This document shows positions 44,784-55,600 of a stretch of 64,000 nt of DNA, piece by piece. The translations under genes and the position numbers were made by a program. The stretch covers positions 1 to 64,000 of IMG/VR virus record IMGVR_UViG_3300020576_004709; one strand, given 5' to 3'. The notes under the pieces are model-generated. The model worked only from the letters and a program-made list of their open reading frames with translations, did no database searches and had not been told where the DNA came from. Within the stretch, counting starts at the first letter, position 1. The number at the start of each line of letters is the position of its first letter. The DNA comes from a virus (Duplodnaviria > Caudoviricetes).

Positions 44784-45743
44784 TTATTCGCCGGCCGCGC
44801 GGATCTTCGCGCTGACCTGGGTGGACGGCCCGGCCGTTGTATCGTAACCGACCGCGAGATTCAAATCCCACGGGATCGACGCCTTGCCCGGCACGCCCGG
44901 CTCGCGGAGTCCCTCGGCCACGGTGTACGGCGTGTCGAAGATGAGCGTGCGGCGGGTGGACGTCGCCCCGTAGTCGAGCGTGACGAGCGCCGCGACGACC
45001 GCCGCGTTGCGGTACAGGTCGAAGATCGCCGGCCCGACCTTCCACGGAAACCGCACGGCGAGGCGGATCGTCCGCGCGGCCGACGGGAACGCCGTCGGCG
45101 TGACGCTGTTCATGTACTGCGTGTCGATCGCGTACTGGAACGAGAGCGAGAAGTTGTAGATGTCGTAAGCGGTGCCGCCGACGGTGATTTGAAGCTGCGG
45201 GAAGATGAACGGCTTCCCGGCGGTCGGAATGACGAGTGCCGGCCAAGTGTACGGGTTGACGAGCGCGTCGCGGTCGGTGCCGACGGACTGGACCGACATC
45301 CGCAGCGGCTGGCGCTCGCTCGCCGTGAAGTTCGCGGACACCACCCGCTGCTGTCGGTACTTGTGGAGGTTCGAGTTGATGTAGGCGAAGACGTCGAAGC
45401 ACGGCCGCGTCTCGGCCATCAGGACCGTCTTGAGGCCGGTCGTCGGGCTTCCGAGCGCCCCGCCGAGGATGCGGGGAAGCCAGCGTTCGAGGTCGCCTCC
45501 GGTCGGCCGGCAGTTGAAACCGCCCCGCGCGTTGCGGCTCATCTCGACGTACCGCTCGGTCGGCATCGCCTCCGTGCCCCGGATGCCGCTCGTGTCCTGG
45601 TTCTCGATTTCGAGGGTGTAATCCTGGTCGTCGTATTCGAGTTGCTCCGTCGGATCGGTCGGCGCGGAAACGGTGTCGCTCGCGGCGAAGCCGAGTTTCG
45701 TGTTGACGCCCTGGGTCGTGCGTTCCGGGTTGCAGTTCGCCAT
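44784..45743 (-). CDS. tail tube protein
   Basis: Q..GIRGT...ERY...RN..GG...PT..DL..WLP.ILG; typical size and position. Confidence 0.75.
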   Translation of the reverse strand: MANCNPERTTQGVNTKLGFAASDTVSAPTDPTEQLEYDDQDYTLEIENQDTSGIRGTEAMPTERYVEMSRNARGGFNCRPTGGDLERWLPRILGGALGSPTTGLKTVLMAETRPCFDVFAYINSNLHKYRQQRVVSANFTASERQPLRMSVQSVGTDRDALVNPYTWPALVIPTAGKPFIFPQLQITVGGTAYDIYNFSLSFQYAIDTQYMNSVTPTAFPSAARTIRLAVRFPWKVGPAIFDLYRNAAVVAALVTLDYGATSTRRTLIFDTPYTVAEGLREPGVPGKASIPWDLNLAVGYDTTAGPSTQVSAKIRAAGE

Positions 45744-45770
45744 CGTCGTTCCCCCGCCGCCTCGCGGCCG

Positions 45771-46478
45771 TTAGAATCCCCGCGACTGTTTTAGAGTACA
45801 GTCCACGGTGAAGCCCGAACCGGTGAAAATTAGCTCGGTCCCGCTCTTCACCGACCGGTAGTTCTGGAAGATGTTCCCGCCGTTCGATCGGGTCCAGTGA
45901 ATCGACGGGTTCGCCGGGTGCATCCAGTCGAACCCCCTCATCAGCACTTCGCGGAGGTACGAACACTGGTCGGCGACCGCCTGCTCGACGATCTCGCCCC
46001 GCACGCCGATCAAGACCTTCACCGCGTAGACGCGGTCGGTCCTGAGATTCGTGCCGTCCCCGGTGTCCCGGTCGTTCGCGTCCTCGGTGAATACCCAAAT
46101 TGCCGGGTAGCTGCGCGAGATATCCTTCGGGTACGGTTCGCGGTAGACGCGGTCGCCGATGCCCGGCAAGTTCGCGCTCAGAATCGTTTGCCAGACGAGC
46201 GTCTGGCACTGCTTCAGGGTCGATCCGGCGGGGTCGATAACGTGCAGGTGCGTCGCGTCGGAGAGCGTCGCCCCGGACTGCGCGAAGACGACGTAGATTC
46301 CCGGCTCCATCGCCACCGGTCCGACGGTCCCGTCGCCCGCGAACGCGACGACGGTCGCCGGCGCGAGTTGGTGGAATCCGGCGGTCAGGCGGAACGCCTT
46401 TACGCTGCCCGCGCCCGGAGTCGCGGAAAGCGCGAACAGCACTTCGTCGTCTATGTTGAAATCGACGTCCAGCCGCAT
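45771..46478 (-). CDS. tail terminator-like protein
   Basis: YPAIWV...D.D.G...TD.VY.V.V.I; position before the tail tube. Confidence 0.6.
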   Translation of the reverse strand: MRLDVDFNIDDEVLFALSATPGAGSVKAFRLTAGFHQLAPATVVAFAGDGTVGPVAMEPGIYVVFAQSGATLSDATHLHVIDPAGSTLKQCQTLVWQTILSANLPGIGDRVYREPYPKDISRSYPAIWVFTEDANDRDTGDGTNLRTDRVYAVKVLIGVRGEIVEQAVADQCSYLREVLMRGFDWMHPANPSIHWTRSNGGNIFQNYRSVKSGTELIFTGSGFTVDCTLKQSRGF

Positions 46479-46479
46479 T

Positions 46480-47124
46480 TCAATCTCCCTGCCAGATCCA
46501 CGCAAGGCACCGCGCCCGGACGTGGACGGTGACGATTTCGACCGTGGTTTTCGAGAACCCGACGAACCGGCGGGACGGCACTTCGACCCGCTTCGTCATG
46601 TAGAACTGCACTTCGAGCAACGTGAGCTGAATCCGCGTCGGCCGGATTCCCTCGGGAACCGGGCCGATCAAGACCCCGCTGACGCCGCCCTTGCGAATCA
46701 TCGGGATGAGGCGCCCGTCGAAGTTTCGCGGACTCTTCGCCCGCTTCGCCTCCACCGTGGCCGGGATGCACAGGAACTTCGCGTTCACCGGCACCACGAC
46801 CCCGCCGTAGTGCAACAGCCTGGCCCCGATCCGGTTCGTCCCGACCGTCAGCGACGTCGCGTTGGCCACCGCGACGATCGACGCCATCAGCCGGCCGGTA
46901 TCGCGGAGGGCCTCGCCGAGTTCGGCTTCGCCCGGCCGCTTGAACTTCAACCTCGGCCACGGATCGCCGTCCGGCGTCTTCTGCTCGACGAAGCACTGTT
47001 TCACGCCGGCCACCGCGACCGGCTCGCATTCCTTGAGGGCCTCGGCCATGACGTTGGCCATGCGGCCCCGGTCGGCCAGACGGCGACAGGCCCGCGCGAG
47101 TTGCTGGAACGTGAGGGCCGCCAT
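46480..47124 (-). CDS. phage virion morphogenesis / tail completion protein (Mu gpG-like)
   Basis: F.EQ.TPDG.PW..LK...L.DTGRL.ASI...VGTN...A...H.GG...P.R.F.G.S. Confidence 0.88.
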   Translation of the reverse strand: MAALTFQQLARACRRLADRGRMANVMAEALKECEPVAVAGVKQCFVEQKTPDGDPWPRLKFKRPGEAELGEALRDTGRLMASIVAVANATSLTVGTNRIGARLLHYGGVVVPVNAKFLCIPATVEAKRAKSPRNFDGRLIPMIRKGGVSGVLIGPVPEGIRPTRIQLTLLEVQFYMTKRVEVPSRRFVGFSKTTVEIVTVHVRARCLAWIWQGD

Positions 47125-47142
47125 CGCCCGCCCCCGTCGAGT

Positions 47143-47655
47143 TCAATAGGTGGTGTCGGTCCGGGTCGGCCATTCCGATTGGTTGAACCGGCCGCCGTTG
47201 ATGCGGCTGTTGCCGCGGCGGTCGATGCCGTCGACGCCGTCGTCGTCTTCCTCGGCGAGCGAGTCGGGCTTCAACTGGTTGCCGGACGAGTCCGTCGGCC
47301 ACCAGTCCTTGTCCTTGAACTTCTCGATGTGGTTGAAGGACTGCGGCTTGGCCTCGGCCGTGATCGCCGAGAGCACAGTAACCTGCTCGAACGTGCGGAA
47401 AATCGACTGCTGGATGTAGACGGCCTTCCGCGCGTGCCACTCGCCGAGCTTCGAGAGGTTCAGGCCCCGGTTGCCGCCGGCGAGGTAGCCCATGATGTCG
47501 TCCGTCGCGGTCGCCATGCCGAACGTCACGGCCGCGATCAACCGGCCCGCGTCCTCGGAACGCAAATCGACGTTGCGCTCCTTGAGGATGACGAGCAGTT
47601 GGTCGCGAACCTCGTCTTCCGTCGCCCACGGCAAGAGGTTGAATGTGATCGGCAT
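47143..47655 (-). CDS. head-tail adaptor-like protein
   Basis: WAT.D.VR.QL...A...AT.DI..YL; position after the capsid genes. Confidence 0.6.
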   Translation of the reverse strand: MPITFNLLPWATEDEVRDQLLVILKERNVDLRSEDAGRLIAAVTFGMATATDDIMGYLAGGNRGLNLSKLGEWHARKAVYIQQSIFRTFEQVTVLSAITAEAKPQSFNHIEKFKDKDWWPTDSSGNQLKPDSLAEEDDDGVDGIDRRGNSRINGGRFNQSEWPTRTDTTY

Positions 47656-47690
47656 GGCTTCCCCCGACTCCTAGTGATGGAACCCGGCCG

Positions 47691-48143
47691 TCACGGCGCG
47701 GGCGGCGCGTCCGGCGCGGGCGGTTCGACCGGCGGGACCGGTGCCGGCTTGGTCAGGTTCTCGATCTGCAAGTCCTGCTCGTCGACGATTCCCTTCAACC
47801 GGGCGATCTCCTTCGTCTTGTCGCCGCACTCCTTCGAGAGCGCGTCGTTGCTGGTGCGGAGCGCCGCCGCCTCCTCTTCGAGGAGCTTCGCCCGCGCCAG
47901 CAGGGCCGCGTTTTCGGTCTGCGCGTCCTTCATCTGCGTGAAGAGCACCGCGTTCTGCGGGATGATCTGCGGGGCGGTCTCGTCGATCGTCACGTTGACC
48001 GGGTCGCTCGTCCACTGGAACGTGCCGATGCGGAGGTTGTCTTCGAGTTTGCCGTCGAAGTTCGCGACGGCCTCGGGGATGATCGTGCCGTGGGGGAACT
48101 TCCCGAACGCGCCGATCATGACTTTCAGGTTCTTCGCGGCCAT
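47691..48143 (-). CDS. hypothetical coiled-coil protein after the capsid gene
   Basis: Coiled coil and Pro-rich tail. Confidence 0.65.
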   Translation of the reverse strand: MAAKNLKVMIGAFGKFPHGTIIPEAVANFDGKLEDNLRIGTFQWTSDPVNVTIDETAPQIIPQNAVLFTQMKDAQTENAALLARAKLLEEEAAALRTSNDALSKECGDKTKEIARLKGIVDEQDLQIENLTKPAPVPPVEPPAPDAPPAP

Positions 48144-48166
48144 TCAAACACCTGGGTTGGGAACGG

Positions 48167-48192
48167 AAAAAGCCCCGGCCTTTGCCGGGGCT
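48167..48192 (-). terminator. intrinsic terminator after the major capsid gene
   Basis: AGCCCCGGC-AAAG-GCCGGGGCT-TTTT on the minus strand. Confidence 0.75.
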
Positions 48193-48210
48193 TACGGAAC
48201 AGCATAGCCA

Positions 48211-49308
48211 TCACGTCCAAGTAATCGAGGCGTGGCCCTCGGGGTGAATCGGAGCCGGCCCGCCGTTGAACCCGACGTCGCCGATAACCTGCGGCGGCAT
48301 CAACCGGTACTGGACGAGGGTGTACATCCCGGACGAGATCGCGTTCTTGTTCGCGTACTCGTCCGTCCGGCTGTCGATGCCGCCGCCCGGCAGCGCCTCC
48401 TTCGCCATCGAGCGGGTGAACTGCCACTGGCCGAGCGGCTCGCCGTCCTTGCGCTTGCCCGCCCAAATGACGCGCCGGGTCGTCAACTGCCGCACCCAAT
48501 TCGCCGGGTCGCGGGAGAGCGCCTTCGTCGGGTAGTAACCGGCGTCGTAAAGCTCGATCTGCGGGAGATCGTAGCTGCCGAGAAGCTGGTTCACCTTCTT
48601 GAGGCCGTTGACCGTGTCCCCGCCGTCGATCCGAATCTTGTTGGAGATCTGGTCGATCTTGAGGAACTCCGCGAGCGAGAGTTCGTTCATGTACAGCTTC
48701 GATTCCGGTCCGAAGTTGGTCGACCGGCCGGCCTGGAGTTGGGCCTTCCACGTCAGCAGGTCGAAGATCGGCACCGCCGTCGCCGCCGTGCTCCAAGTGA
48801 TCGTCGGCACGAACTTCTGGCGGGTCGAGTAGTTCTCGATCGTGTCGCCGTAGGTCACGCTCCCGTCCGCCGAGCGGGCGATGAACGTCCCGTCGAGCAT
48901 GAGGCTGATGATGATGTCGCGGATCTCCACGACCGTCTGGCCGAGCAGGTTGCCCATGCCGAGCATGACGAGCGTCGAGATCCCCATCGGGTCGCTGGCC
49001 GTGCCCGGCTGGCGCTGTTCGAGCATCTGCTTCTCGGTCAGGACGAACCGAGACCCGAAGAGGCCGGGGTCCATCGAGAACCGCTTGTAGCCGGGGATCG
49101 GAGTGACCGTCGGCTCGCCGTCGAGTCCGCGCAGTTCCATCTTCCCGAACGGGTTTTCCTGTTGCTCCCAAATCACCGAGAATTCCTTCTGGTAGGTCGA
49201 AGGAAAGAGTTGGATGATCGGGTCGCTTTCCATCTCGGCCTGGAGGAGTTCCGCCGCGACGAGTTGCGTCGAGAAGCTCCGCGTCAGGTTCAGGGTTTCG
49301 GCCGGCAT
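48211..49308 (-). CDS. major capsid protein (Phage_cap_E/HK97-fold type)
   Basis: 365 aa, follows protease and decoration genes; E......L..G.F...G...W.T...A.P..DL..W. Confidence 0.85.
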   Translation of the reverse strand: MPAETLNLTRSFSTQLVAAELLQAEMESDPIIQLFPSTYQKEFSVIWEQQENPFGKMELRGLDGEPTVTPIPGYKRFSMDPGLFGSRFVLTEKQMLEQRQPGTASDPMGISTLVMLGMGNLLGQTVVEIRDIIISLMLDGTFIARSADGSVTYGDTIENYSTRQKFVPTITWSTAATAVPIFDLLTWKAQLQAGRSTNFGPESKLYMNELSLAEFLKIDQISNKIRIDGGDTVNGLKKVNQLLGSYDLPQIELYDAGYYPTKALSRDPANWVRQLTTRRVIWAGKRKDGEPLGQWQFTRSMAKEALPGGGIDSRTDEYANKNAISSGMYTLVQYRLMPPQVIGDVGFNGGPAPIHPEGHASITWT

Positions 49309-49376
49309 GATTTCACCTTCGAGTTATGTGATTGAGAAACGGCACCTGGGATTTACTGCACCGACACCGGCCCGAA

Positions 49377-50168
49377 TCACACCCCGACGTGAATCCACCC
49401 TTCCGCGTCCGTCACGGCGGTCCCGCTGACGATCTTGCCGAGTCCGTTCGTGATCGCGGTCGCGTCGAGTCCGGTCAGTTGGGAGCACTTGTAGTAGCCG
49501 TCGATCGCGACCGGCGAGTTGTACGGCTGCTGGATGCCGCCCCGCTGGTCCACGAGCGCGTTCCCGCCGACCGAATTCGTCAGCGTGTTGTAGCAGTTGA
49601 CCGCGCGGGGGTTCTCGCTGCCGTTGGAGTTGCCCGAGGCGTAGACGTCGAGTTGCGCACCGGCACCCGCGCGGCCCGGCGTGGTGTACGCGATCGTCGT
49701 CGTCGGCGTCGTGCCGGCGGTGTACGTCGAACTGACGGTGTAGAGGCCGCCGATGAGCCGGTTGGCCAAGATGCCGGTGTACGTCACCGCGTAGGCCCAC
49801 GGGCCGGTGCCGGTCCGCGCGACCGTCACGTTGCCGACGCCGTGGATGGCCTCGAGCGCGGTTTGCATTTCGGCGGCCGTCGGGATGGTCGTGACGAGGT
49901 TGGCCGTGATGCCCTGGTAGACGCGGTCGCCGTACCATGTGATCGTGGTCTTGGCCCCGGTCGGCTGCGCCGCGCCGTCGATGGTGATGGTGTTGACGTG
50001 ATTCCGGGCCGCGCCGGAGACCCAACCGAGCAGCGTGCCCTTGAGGATGACGCCGCCGACCAAGTGAACGCCGCCGACGGGGAGAACCCCCGACTTGCGG
50101 ATTTCGAGTTCCGGCCGGATGATCGGTTCGAGCTTTTCTTGGTCGAAGTAAGTGTTCGGACCCGCCAT
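49377..50168 (-). CDS. head decoration protein with inserted Ig-like domain
   Basis: G.ILKGTLLG.VS...Y.S.NS.GSE.P.A.....V......G.Y..S.LTGLD.TA; insert PTAAEMQTALEAI.G.GNVTV..GPW..V.Y.G. Confidence 0.7.
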   Translation of the reverse strand: MAGPNTYFDQEKLEPIIRPELEIRKSGVLPVGGVHLVGGVILKGTLLGWVSGAARNHVNTITIDGAAQPTGAKTTITWYGDRVYQGITANLVTTIPTAAEMQTALEAIHGVGNVTVARTGTGPWAYAVTYTGILANRLIGGLYTVSSTYTAGTTPTTTIAYTTPGRAGAGAQLDVYASGNSNGSENPRAVNCYNTLTNSVGGNALVDQRGGIQQPYNSPVAIDGYYKCSQLTGLDATAITNGLGKIVSGTAVTDAEGWIHVGV

Positions 50169-50270
50169 GATGTTCGCCCCTGAAGTTGTTTCAGAAGGCG
50201 CGTTCGCGTTGCCTGGTGTTTTGTCGGTGTGCCCCGCGGCCCCGTCCTATATCGCGTCCGGTTTCCCGGT

Positions 50271-51671
50271 TCAGTTCGCGCCCGCCGTCTGCTTGGCCAA
50301 CCGCGCCTCGCGCAGCCGCATCGCGTGCCGGCCCTGCGAGGTCTTGCTGAGGAGGTCGTCGGCCGTCATTTGGAACGGGAGATCCTCGTTGGTGGCGTTC
50401 AACTCGCCCGTCCCGTCGGCGTTGGTCTGGTTGGCCGGCGGCGCGGTCGGGAAGATGCGGTTGCCGAACCCACGATCGGGCAGGCTCATCACGAGCTTCT
50501 TGCCGTCCTCGAACTTCGCCGGGTCCGAGAGCATGTTTTCCCACGTCTCGCGGTGTTGGTTGCCGCCGATGCGGGCCTTGACCGCCGTCGAGTCGAGGAA
50601 CGTCCGCACGTTCGTCAGGTGCGCGGCCTTCGCGTCGCTGTCGGCCTTCTTCTTCTGGTCGGCGAGCATCGTGTCGAACCGGCTGATGATGCCGTTCTGC
50701 TTCCGCACCACGTTGACGAGCGCCTTCTGCCGCGTCGCGAGGTCGGTGAACGCCTTCACGCCGGCCGCCGGCATCCCGGCCATCGCGTTCGGGTCGACGT
50801 CCATGCCGTCCGGCGGGAGTTCGTCCATCATGTTGATGGGTTGGTCCGACGGCATGGCCGGCGCGCCCTCGGCCGGCGGTGGCGGCGCGTCGGTCGGGGC
50901 GGGACCGCCCCCCATGACGCCTTGCAGGATGGTCACGACCTGTTGCAGGGCCGCTTGAATCTTCGGGTCCATTTTCAAAATCTCCACGGGTACGCTGCCG
51001 TAGGCAGCTTGGTCAGAAAACGCACGCACCGGCCTCGGCGGCTTCGGTTGCCCCCGGACGCTCGGCGGTTCGCCGCCACACAGCGTAACGGCTCGCATGA
51101 TGATCCCCCACGCCTGGCCGTTCGGCCGGCGCGGGAACCCCGCCTTCGTCTCGATCTCTTCCCGGTAGGTATCCCAAAACTCCACCGATGCCTGGTCGAA
51201 CAGCAGGGTATCGAGGGCGATCGCCGTCGGGTGGTTCACGGCCAGCGTGACCCACATCCAAGCGCCGTCCCAACCGCAATCGACGACCCAACCGAGAACG
51301 AACCCGTTGTCGTGCTTGAGCGTGACGCGGGGAACGTGGTAGGGCGTCTCGCTGTTGATCGGCTGCGTGAACTGGTGGAAGTTCCGAACCATGTCCTCGC
51401 AGTCTTTCGCCGTCCACTCGCTCGTGCCGTCTTCGTTTGGCCCGCCGTTCCACGGTCCGGGGCAGAAGATCGCCCACTTCTCCACGAGGTAGACGGCGCG
51501 GTCGAGCGCCGGGTCGTCGCTGTCGTCGCCAAAAGTGTCGGTGAGCCGCGGGTTCGAGGAGTCCTTCCGCCGCACCGAATCGACGAGCCGGAGCGCGTCG
51601 AGATCCTCGGTTTTCAGCGGCCGGATCTGCGACGGCCGGCGGATTTTCAGGGTTTGAAGGGAGGCGACCAT
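50271..51671 (-). CDS. prohead protease/scaffold (Mu gpI-like)
   Basis: IF.PG.W...M..NF...V.L.H...G..LGWV...F..ASVEF...RAV.L.G..PP.V.G followed by a low-complexity scaffold part. Confidence 0.8.
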   Translation of the reverse strand: MVASLQTLKIRRPSQIRPLKTEDLDALRLVDSVRRKDSSNPRLTDTFGDDSDDPALDRAVYLVEKWAIFCPGPWNGGPNEDGTSEWTAKDCEDMVRNFHQFTQPINSETPYHVPRVTLKHDNGFVLGWVVDCGWDGAWMWVTLAVNHPTAIALDTLLFDQASVEFWDTYREEIETKAGFPRRPNGQAWGIIMRAVTLCGGEPPSVRGQPKPPRPVRAFSDQAAYGSVPVEILKMDPKIQAALQQVVTILQGVMGGGPAPTDAPPPPAEGAPAMPSDQPINMMDELPPDGMDVDPNAMAGMPAAGVKAFTDLATRQKALVNVVRKQNGIISRFDTMLADQKKKADSDAKAAHLTNVRTFLDSTAVKARIGGNQHRETWENMLSDPAKFEDGKKLVMSLPDRGFGNRIFPTAPPANQTNADGTGELNATNEDLPFQMTADDLLSKTSQGRHAMRLREARLAKQTAGAN

Positions 51672-51712
51672 GTTTTACTCTTGGAACTTAATCTAATTTG
51701 GGCAAGCCCGTC

Positions 51713-52615
51713 TCACCATGCAAGGGGAATCTCGCCCGTCCGTTGAAGTTCCCGCTTGCCGGGCGCGAGACGGTTCCAAATCAACTTGTGGATCGGCGTC
51801 CAGTTGCACCGGCAGTTGCACACGTCCTTCGCTTCGAGTCCCCGCACGACGACGAACGGCGTCGAGATCGGGTAGTACAGCCCGTCCTTCTCGCGGTGCC
51901 ACGGCCGGGTGCGCTCGTCGCGGATCGCGTGGTATTGCCACGCGGGGAACTCGGCCCGCATCCCGCTCGCGTTCAACTCGTCCTGCTGCCCACGGTTGAG
52001 CGCGTCCATGACGTTCGTGCGCACGACCATCTGCGAGTATTGCGAGTGCAGGGGCGAAATGCCCGCGTCCTTGAGGATGCCTTCGACCGTCAGCGTGGCA
52101 TCCTGGCCGCCGACCAGCTCGTTCGCGATGGCCTGCTGGATCTTCTTCGTGACGACGTCCTCCGTCGTGACCGCGACGTTGAACACTTCCCGCTGGATCC
52201 CCTGCGCGTAGTTGTTCGGGTTCTGCCCGACGCGCGGCACGAGCGAGGAGAAGTACCGGATGGCCGCGTGCGGTTTCAGCGGCCGCAACTCGGCGACCGC
52301 CTCGGCGAACTCCGGCAACGTCACGTTCCCGGTCGAACCGTAGAAGCGGGTTCGCCCGACGAGGTCGCTCGGCACGATGACGGCCTCGACGACTTCGTTG
52401 AGCGCCGCCCGATCCTTCGCGTCGAAGATCCAGCCGAGGTTCCGAAGCACCTGGCCGGACGCGACCCGCTTCTTCAAGGCGCCTTCGACGATCGTGCTCA
52501 GCGCGATCGACCCGAACGCGACTGCCTCGGCCAGCCAGTCGGCGATCGACCGGCCGCCGGGTCCGGGCACGGTCTCGGGGTTCGGCGCGTCGGGCGGTCC
52601 TGCGTACTCGTTCAC
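51713..52615 (-). CDS. head morphogenesis protein (SPP1 gp7/Mu gpF family)
   Basis: VVRTN...A.N.G...WQY.AI.D.RTRP.H...DG.YY...CNCRC; GTG start overlaps the giant ORF stop. Confidence 0.9.
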   Translation of the reverse strand: MNEYAGPPDAPNPETVPGPGGRSIADWLAEAVAFGSIALSTIVEGALKKRVASGQVLRNLGWIFDAKDRAALNEVVEAVIVPSDLVGRTRFYGSTGNVTLPEFAEAVAELRPLKPHAAIRYFSSLVPRVGQNPNNYAQGIQREVFNVAVTTEDVVTKKIQQAIANELVGGQDATLTVEGILKDAGISPLHSQYSQMVVRTNVMDALNRGQQDELNASGMRAEFPAWQYHAIRDERTRPWHREKDGLYYPISTPFVVVRGLEAKDVCNCRCNWTPIHKLIWNRLAPGKRELQRTGEIPLAW

Positions 52616-55600
52616 TTCGATTTCTCCGCTTCGGGGGTTCCTTCGGCCGGCTTCTTGTTCTCGCCCTTCAACTCCTCTTCGAGCTTCTTGAGGGCCTCCA
52701 TCTTCTGCTTCAACTCGGCGGCCTTCGGGAACTCCTTGCCGATGCCCGCCTTCGTCCGTGCGATGTCGGCCTTCGCGCGGGCGATGTCGTCCTTCGCGGC
52801 GTCCGCGCCCTTCTGCAAGTTCCGGGCGACGTACTCGATCGACTTCAACGACTCGCCGACACCGAACCGGCTGTCGTGGTGTTTCGATTCGAGGTAGAGC
52901 TTTTCGCCCCGCCGCATGAGTTGGAGTCCCTTGAACTGCCCGACCCGCACGCCGATCCCGTAGGGGTCCTGCACGTCCTTCAACGCCTGTTCGAGGGCCT
53001 TTTCCGCCTCGGGCCGATCGGCGTAGTCCTGGCCGTTCAGGTGGATCTTGAAATCGACGTGCTTCTCCATGTCCCCCGCGTCCTTCGCGAGGTTCTCGGC
53101 ATGGCGCTCGAGCATCGGCAAGTTCCGCTCGCCAGACGCGACCGCCGCCTTGAGCTTGTACTGTTCCGAATCGTGGCGCTTCCGACCCGCGTGCAGGTTC
53201 TTCAAGTCCTCGTCGAGCTGGACCTTTTGCAGGACGCGGGGGTCGCCCGACGCGGCGGCCATCAACTGCTCGGGGGTGAGCTGCGCCGCGTCCTCTTCGC
53301 CCACGGCCCGCTGCGTCGTCCCGCCCGGCGTCATGACCTGTTTCACGAACCGGAGCTTGTTGCCGATGATCTGCCAGAACGTCCGGTCGAGACTGCCTTC
53401 CGTGACGTAGCTGACGATCTTCACCTGCTGCTCGTGCGCGGCCTTCGAGGGGTCGTTCATGTTCCCCTGACGCCATGCCCGCCCGTTCCGCTGCTCGACG
53501 CTCGCCGGGGTCCACGGCACGTCCAAGTGGTGCAGCGCGTACAGCTTGTCCTGGACGTTGACCCCGGTGCCCATCTTCTTCGAACTGCCGATGGCGACGA
53601 GGATCTTGCCTTCCCGCATCGCCTGCATCGCGTTTTCCTTCTTCTCGCCGGCGAGCTTGGAGAAGTCCGCGATCTTCTCGCGCGGGATGCCGCCCTTGAC
53701 GAGCTTCTCGATGATGTCGCCGTAGAGGTTGAAGGAGTTCCCCGCGTTCACGTCCCCTTCCTCGCCCGGCTTGTCGTACACGTCGGCGAGGCCGAGGTTG
53801 TCGTCGTCCCCGCCCTTCTCGCCAATGTCGTTGACCCCGATGTCGGAGAAGATCATTTGCGTCCGGCCCGGATGTTCCTTGTTGATCTTCAAGACGTTGC
53901 GGACCGCGAGGTTCGTCTTGCTGTCCGGGTGGTCGACCGCGTTGGGATCGAGGAGCCGCATGTCGAGCGCCCCCTTCCGCCCGTCCGTGCAGATGACGAG
54001 CATGTTGTCCTTACCGCCCCGCTTCAAGTTCTGGGCGCGGGTTTGGAGGCTGTCCATCAGGCGGGCGATCTCCGGCGTCTTCGGCGCGGTCTCGTAGGAG
54101 TCCTCGCGCTTCGGCCGGATGAGGGACGCCGAGCCGTCGGGGTTCTTCATCGCGTCGGCCCGCTGGATGTCCAGCATTTGCCGGCTCATCTGCATGAGTT
54201 CCGGGATGTTGGTGAACTTCGCGAAGCGGGATACCGGCTTGTAGTCGCCGGCGACGGTGAACTCCATCTTCGTCTGCACGTCGCCGAAGGTGGACGCCCA
54301 CGCATCGAACGTGTGCAGCCCGCGTTCCTTCAACTCCTGCGGTTGGAGGTAGCGCTGCATGTTGTAGAGTTCGGCCATCGTGTTATCGACCGGGGTGCCC
54401 GTCGCGAACACGACCCCCCGGCCGCCGTTGTTCTCCATCAACCACTTCGTGCGCATGTACATGGCCGTGGCCTTCGCGCTGCGGCCGGTCGGAACCCCCT
54501 TCAAGCCCTGCTGCTTCGTGTAGCACGGCAGCGACTTGTAGTTGTGGGCCTCGTCCACGAAGATGTGGTCGATGCCGGTCTCTTCGAAGAACACGGCGTC
54601 GTCCTTGCGGCTCGGGTCGAGCGCCTCTTGGAGCTTGGCCTCGAGGTTCTTCTTGGCGTTCTCCAGCGACGTCTGTGCCCGGCTCTGTTTGCCCTTCGGC
54701 TCGTTCGCCATCATTTCGGACCGCACGGCTTCGAGTTCCTTCAACTCGTCGCGAATGTGTTCGGCGACGGTCTCCGGCTTCATTTGGAGCATGTCGAGGT
54801 TGTCGTGCGTCATGATGACCATGTCGTAATCGCCGGTCGCGATTTGGCTGATCGTCTTCTTCCGGTTCGCCTTGTCGAAGTTGTCCACGGTCGAGAGGAT
54901 CTTGGCCCCCGGATACAGGTGTTGCAACTCGCGCGTCACCTGCTCGATGTTCGCCTTGAGGCACGCGATGGCCGGCTTCTTCGCGAGGCCGAGCCTGCGG
55001 AGTTCCATCGCGGCCGCACCCATCGTATAAGTTTTCCCGGTCCCGACTTCGTGGCCGAGTAGCCCCTTGCCCGTCGTCACGACTTGCCACACCGCGTTCG
55101 CCTGGTGGTCGCGCAGCTTCACGCCGGGGTTCATGCCGGGGAATTGCAGGTGTTGGCCGTTGTACTTCATCGGCACGACGTTGTTGAAGTTGTCGTTGTA
55201 GTGCCGGTGCAGTCGGTCCCGGCGCTCGTCGTCGGTCCACAGCCATTCCTTGAACTTGTCCTTGATCTCCTGAATCTTGGCGTTCGCGTTGTCGGTCTCT
55301 TCCCGGTTCACGACGGTCGATCCGTCCGAAATCTTGTCGGTGACGCGCACGCTCGTGTTGTTCAGCGCGGCCTCGAACAGTTCGTCGAACGACTTGCGGG
55401 GCGTGGCCCAAACCTCCGTCGCGGTCTTGGTGTTGGCGACGTACCGCTTGCCCTCGTTCGAGTAGTTCGCGATCCACGCGCCGGAGTGCGGCAAGTAGCT
55501 GATCTTGAAGTGGTGGTTCTGGCCGCCGAGCAACGACGCGGCGAACTCCGAGACGTCGGACGACGGCACCCACGGCACGCCGAGCTTGGCTTCGATGTCC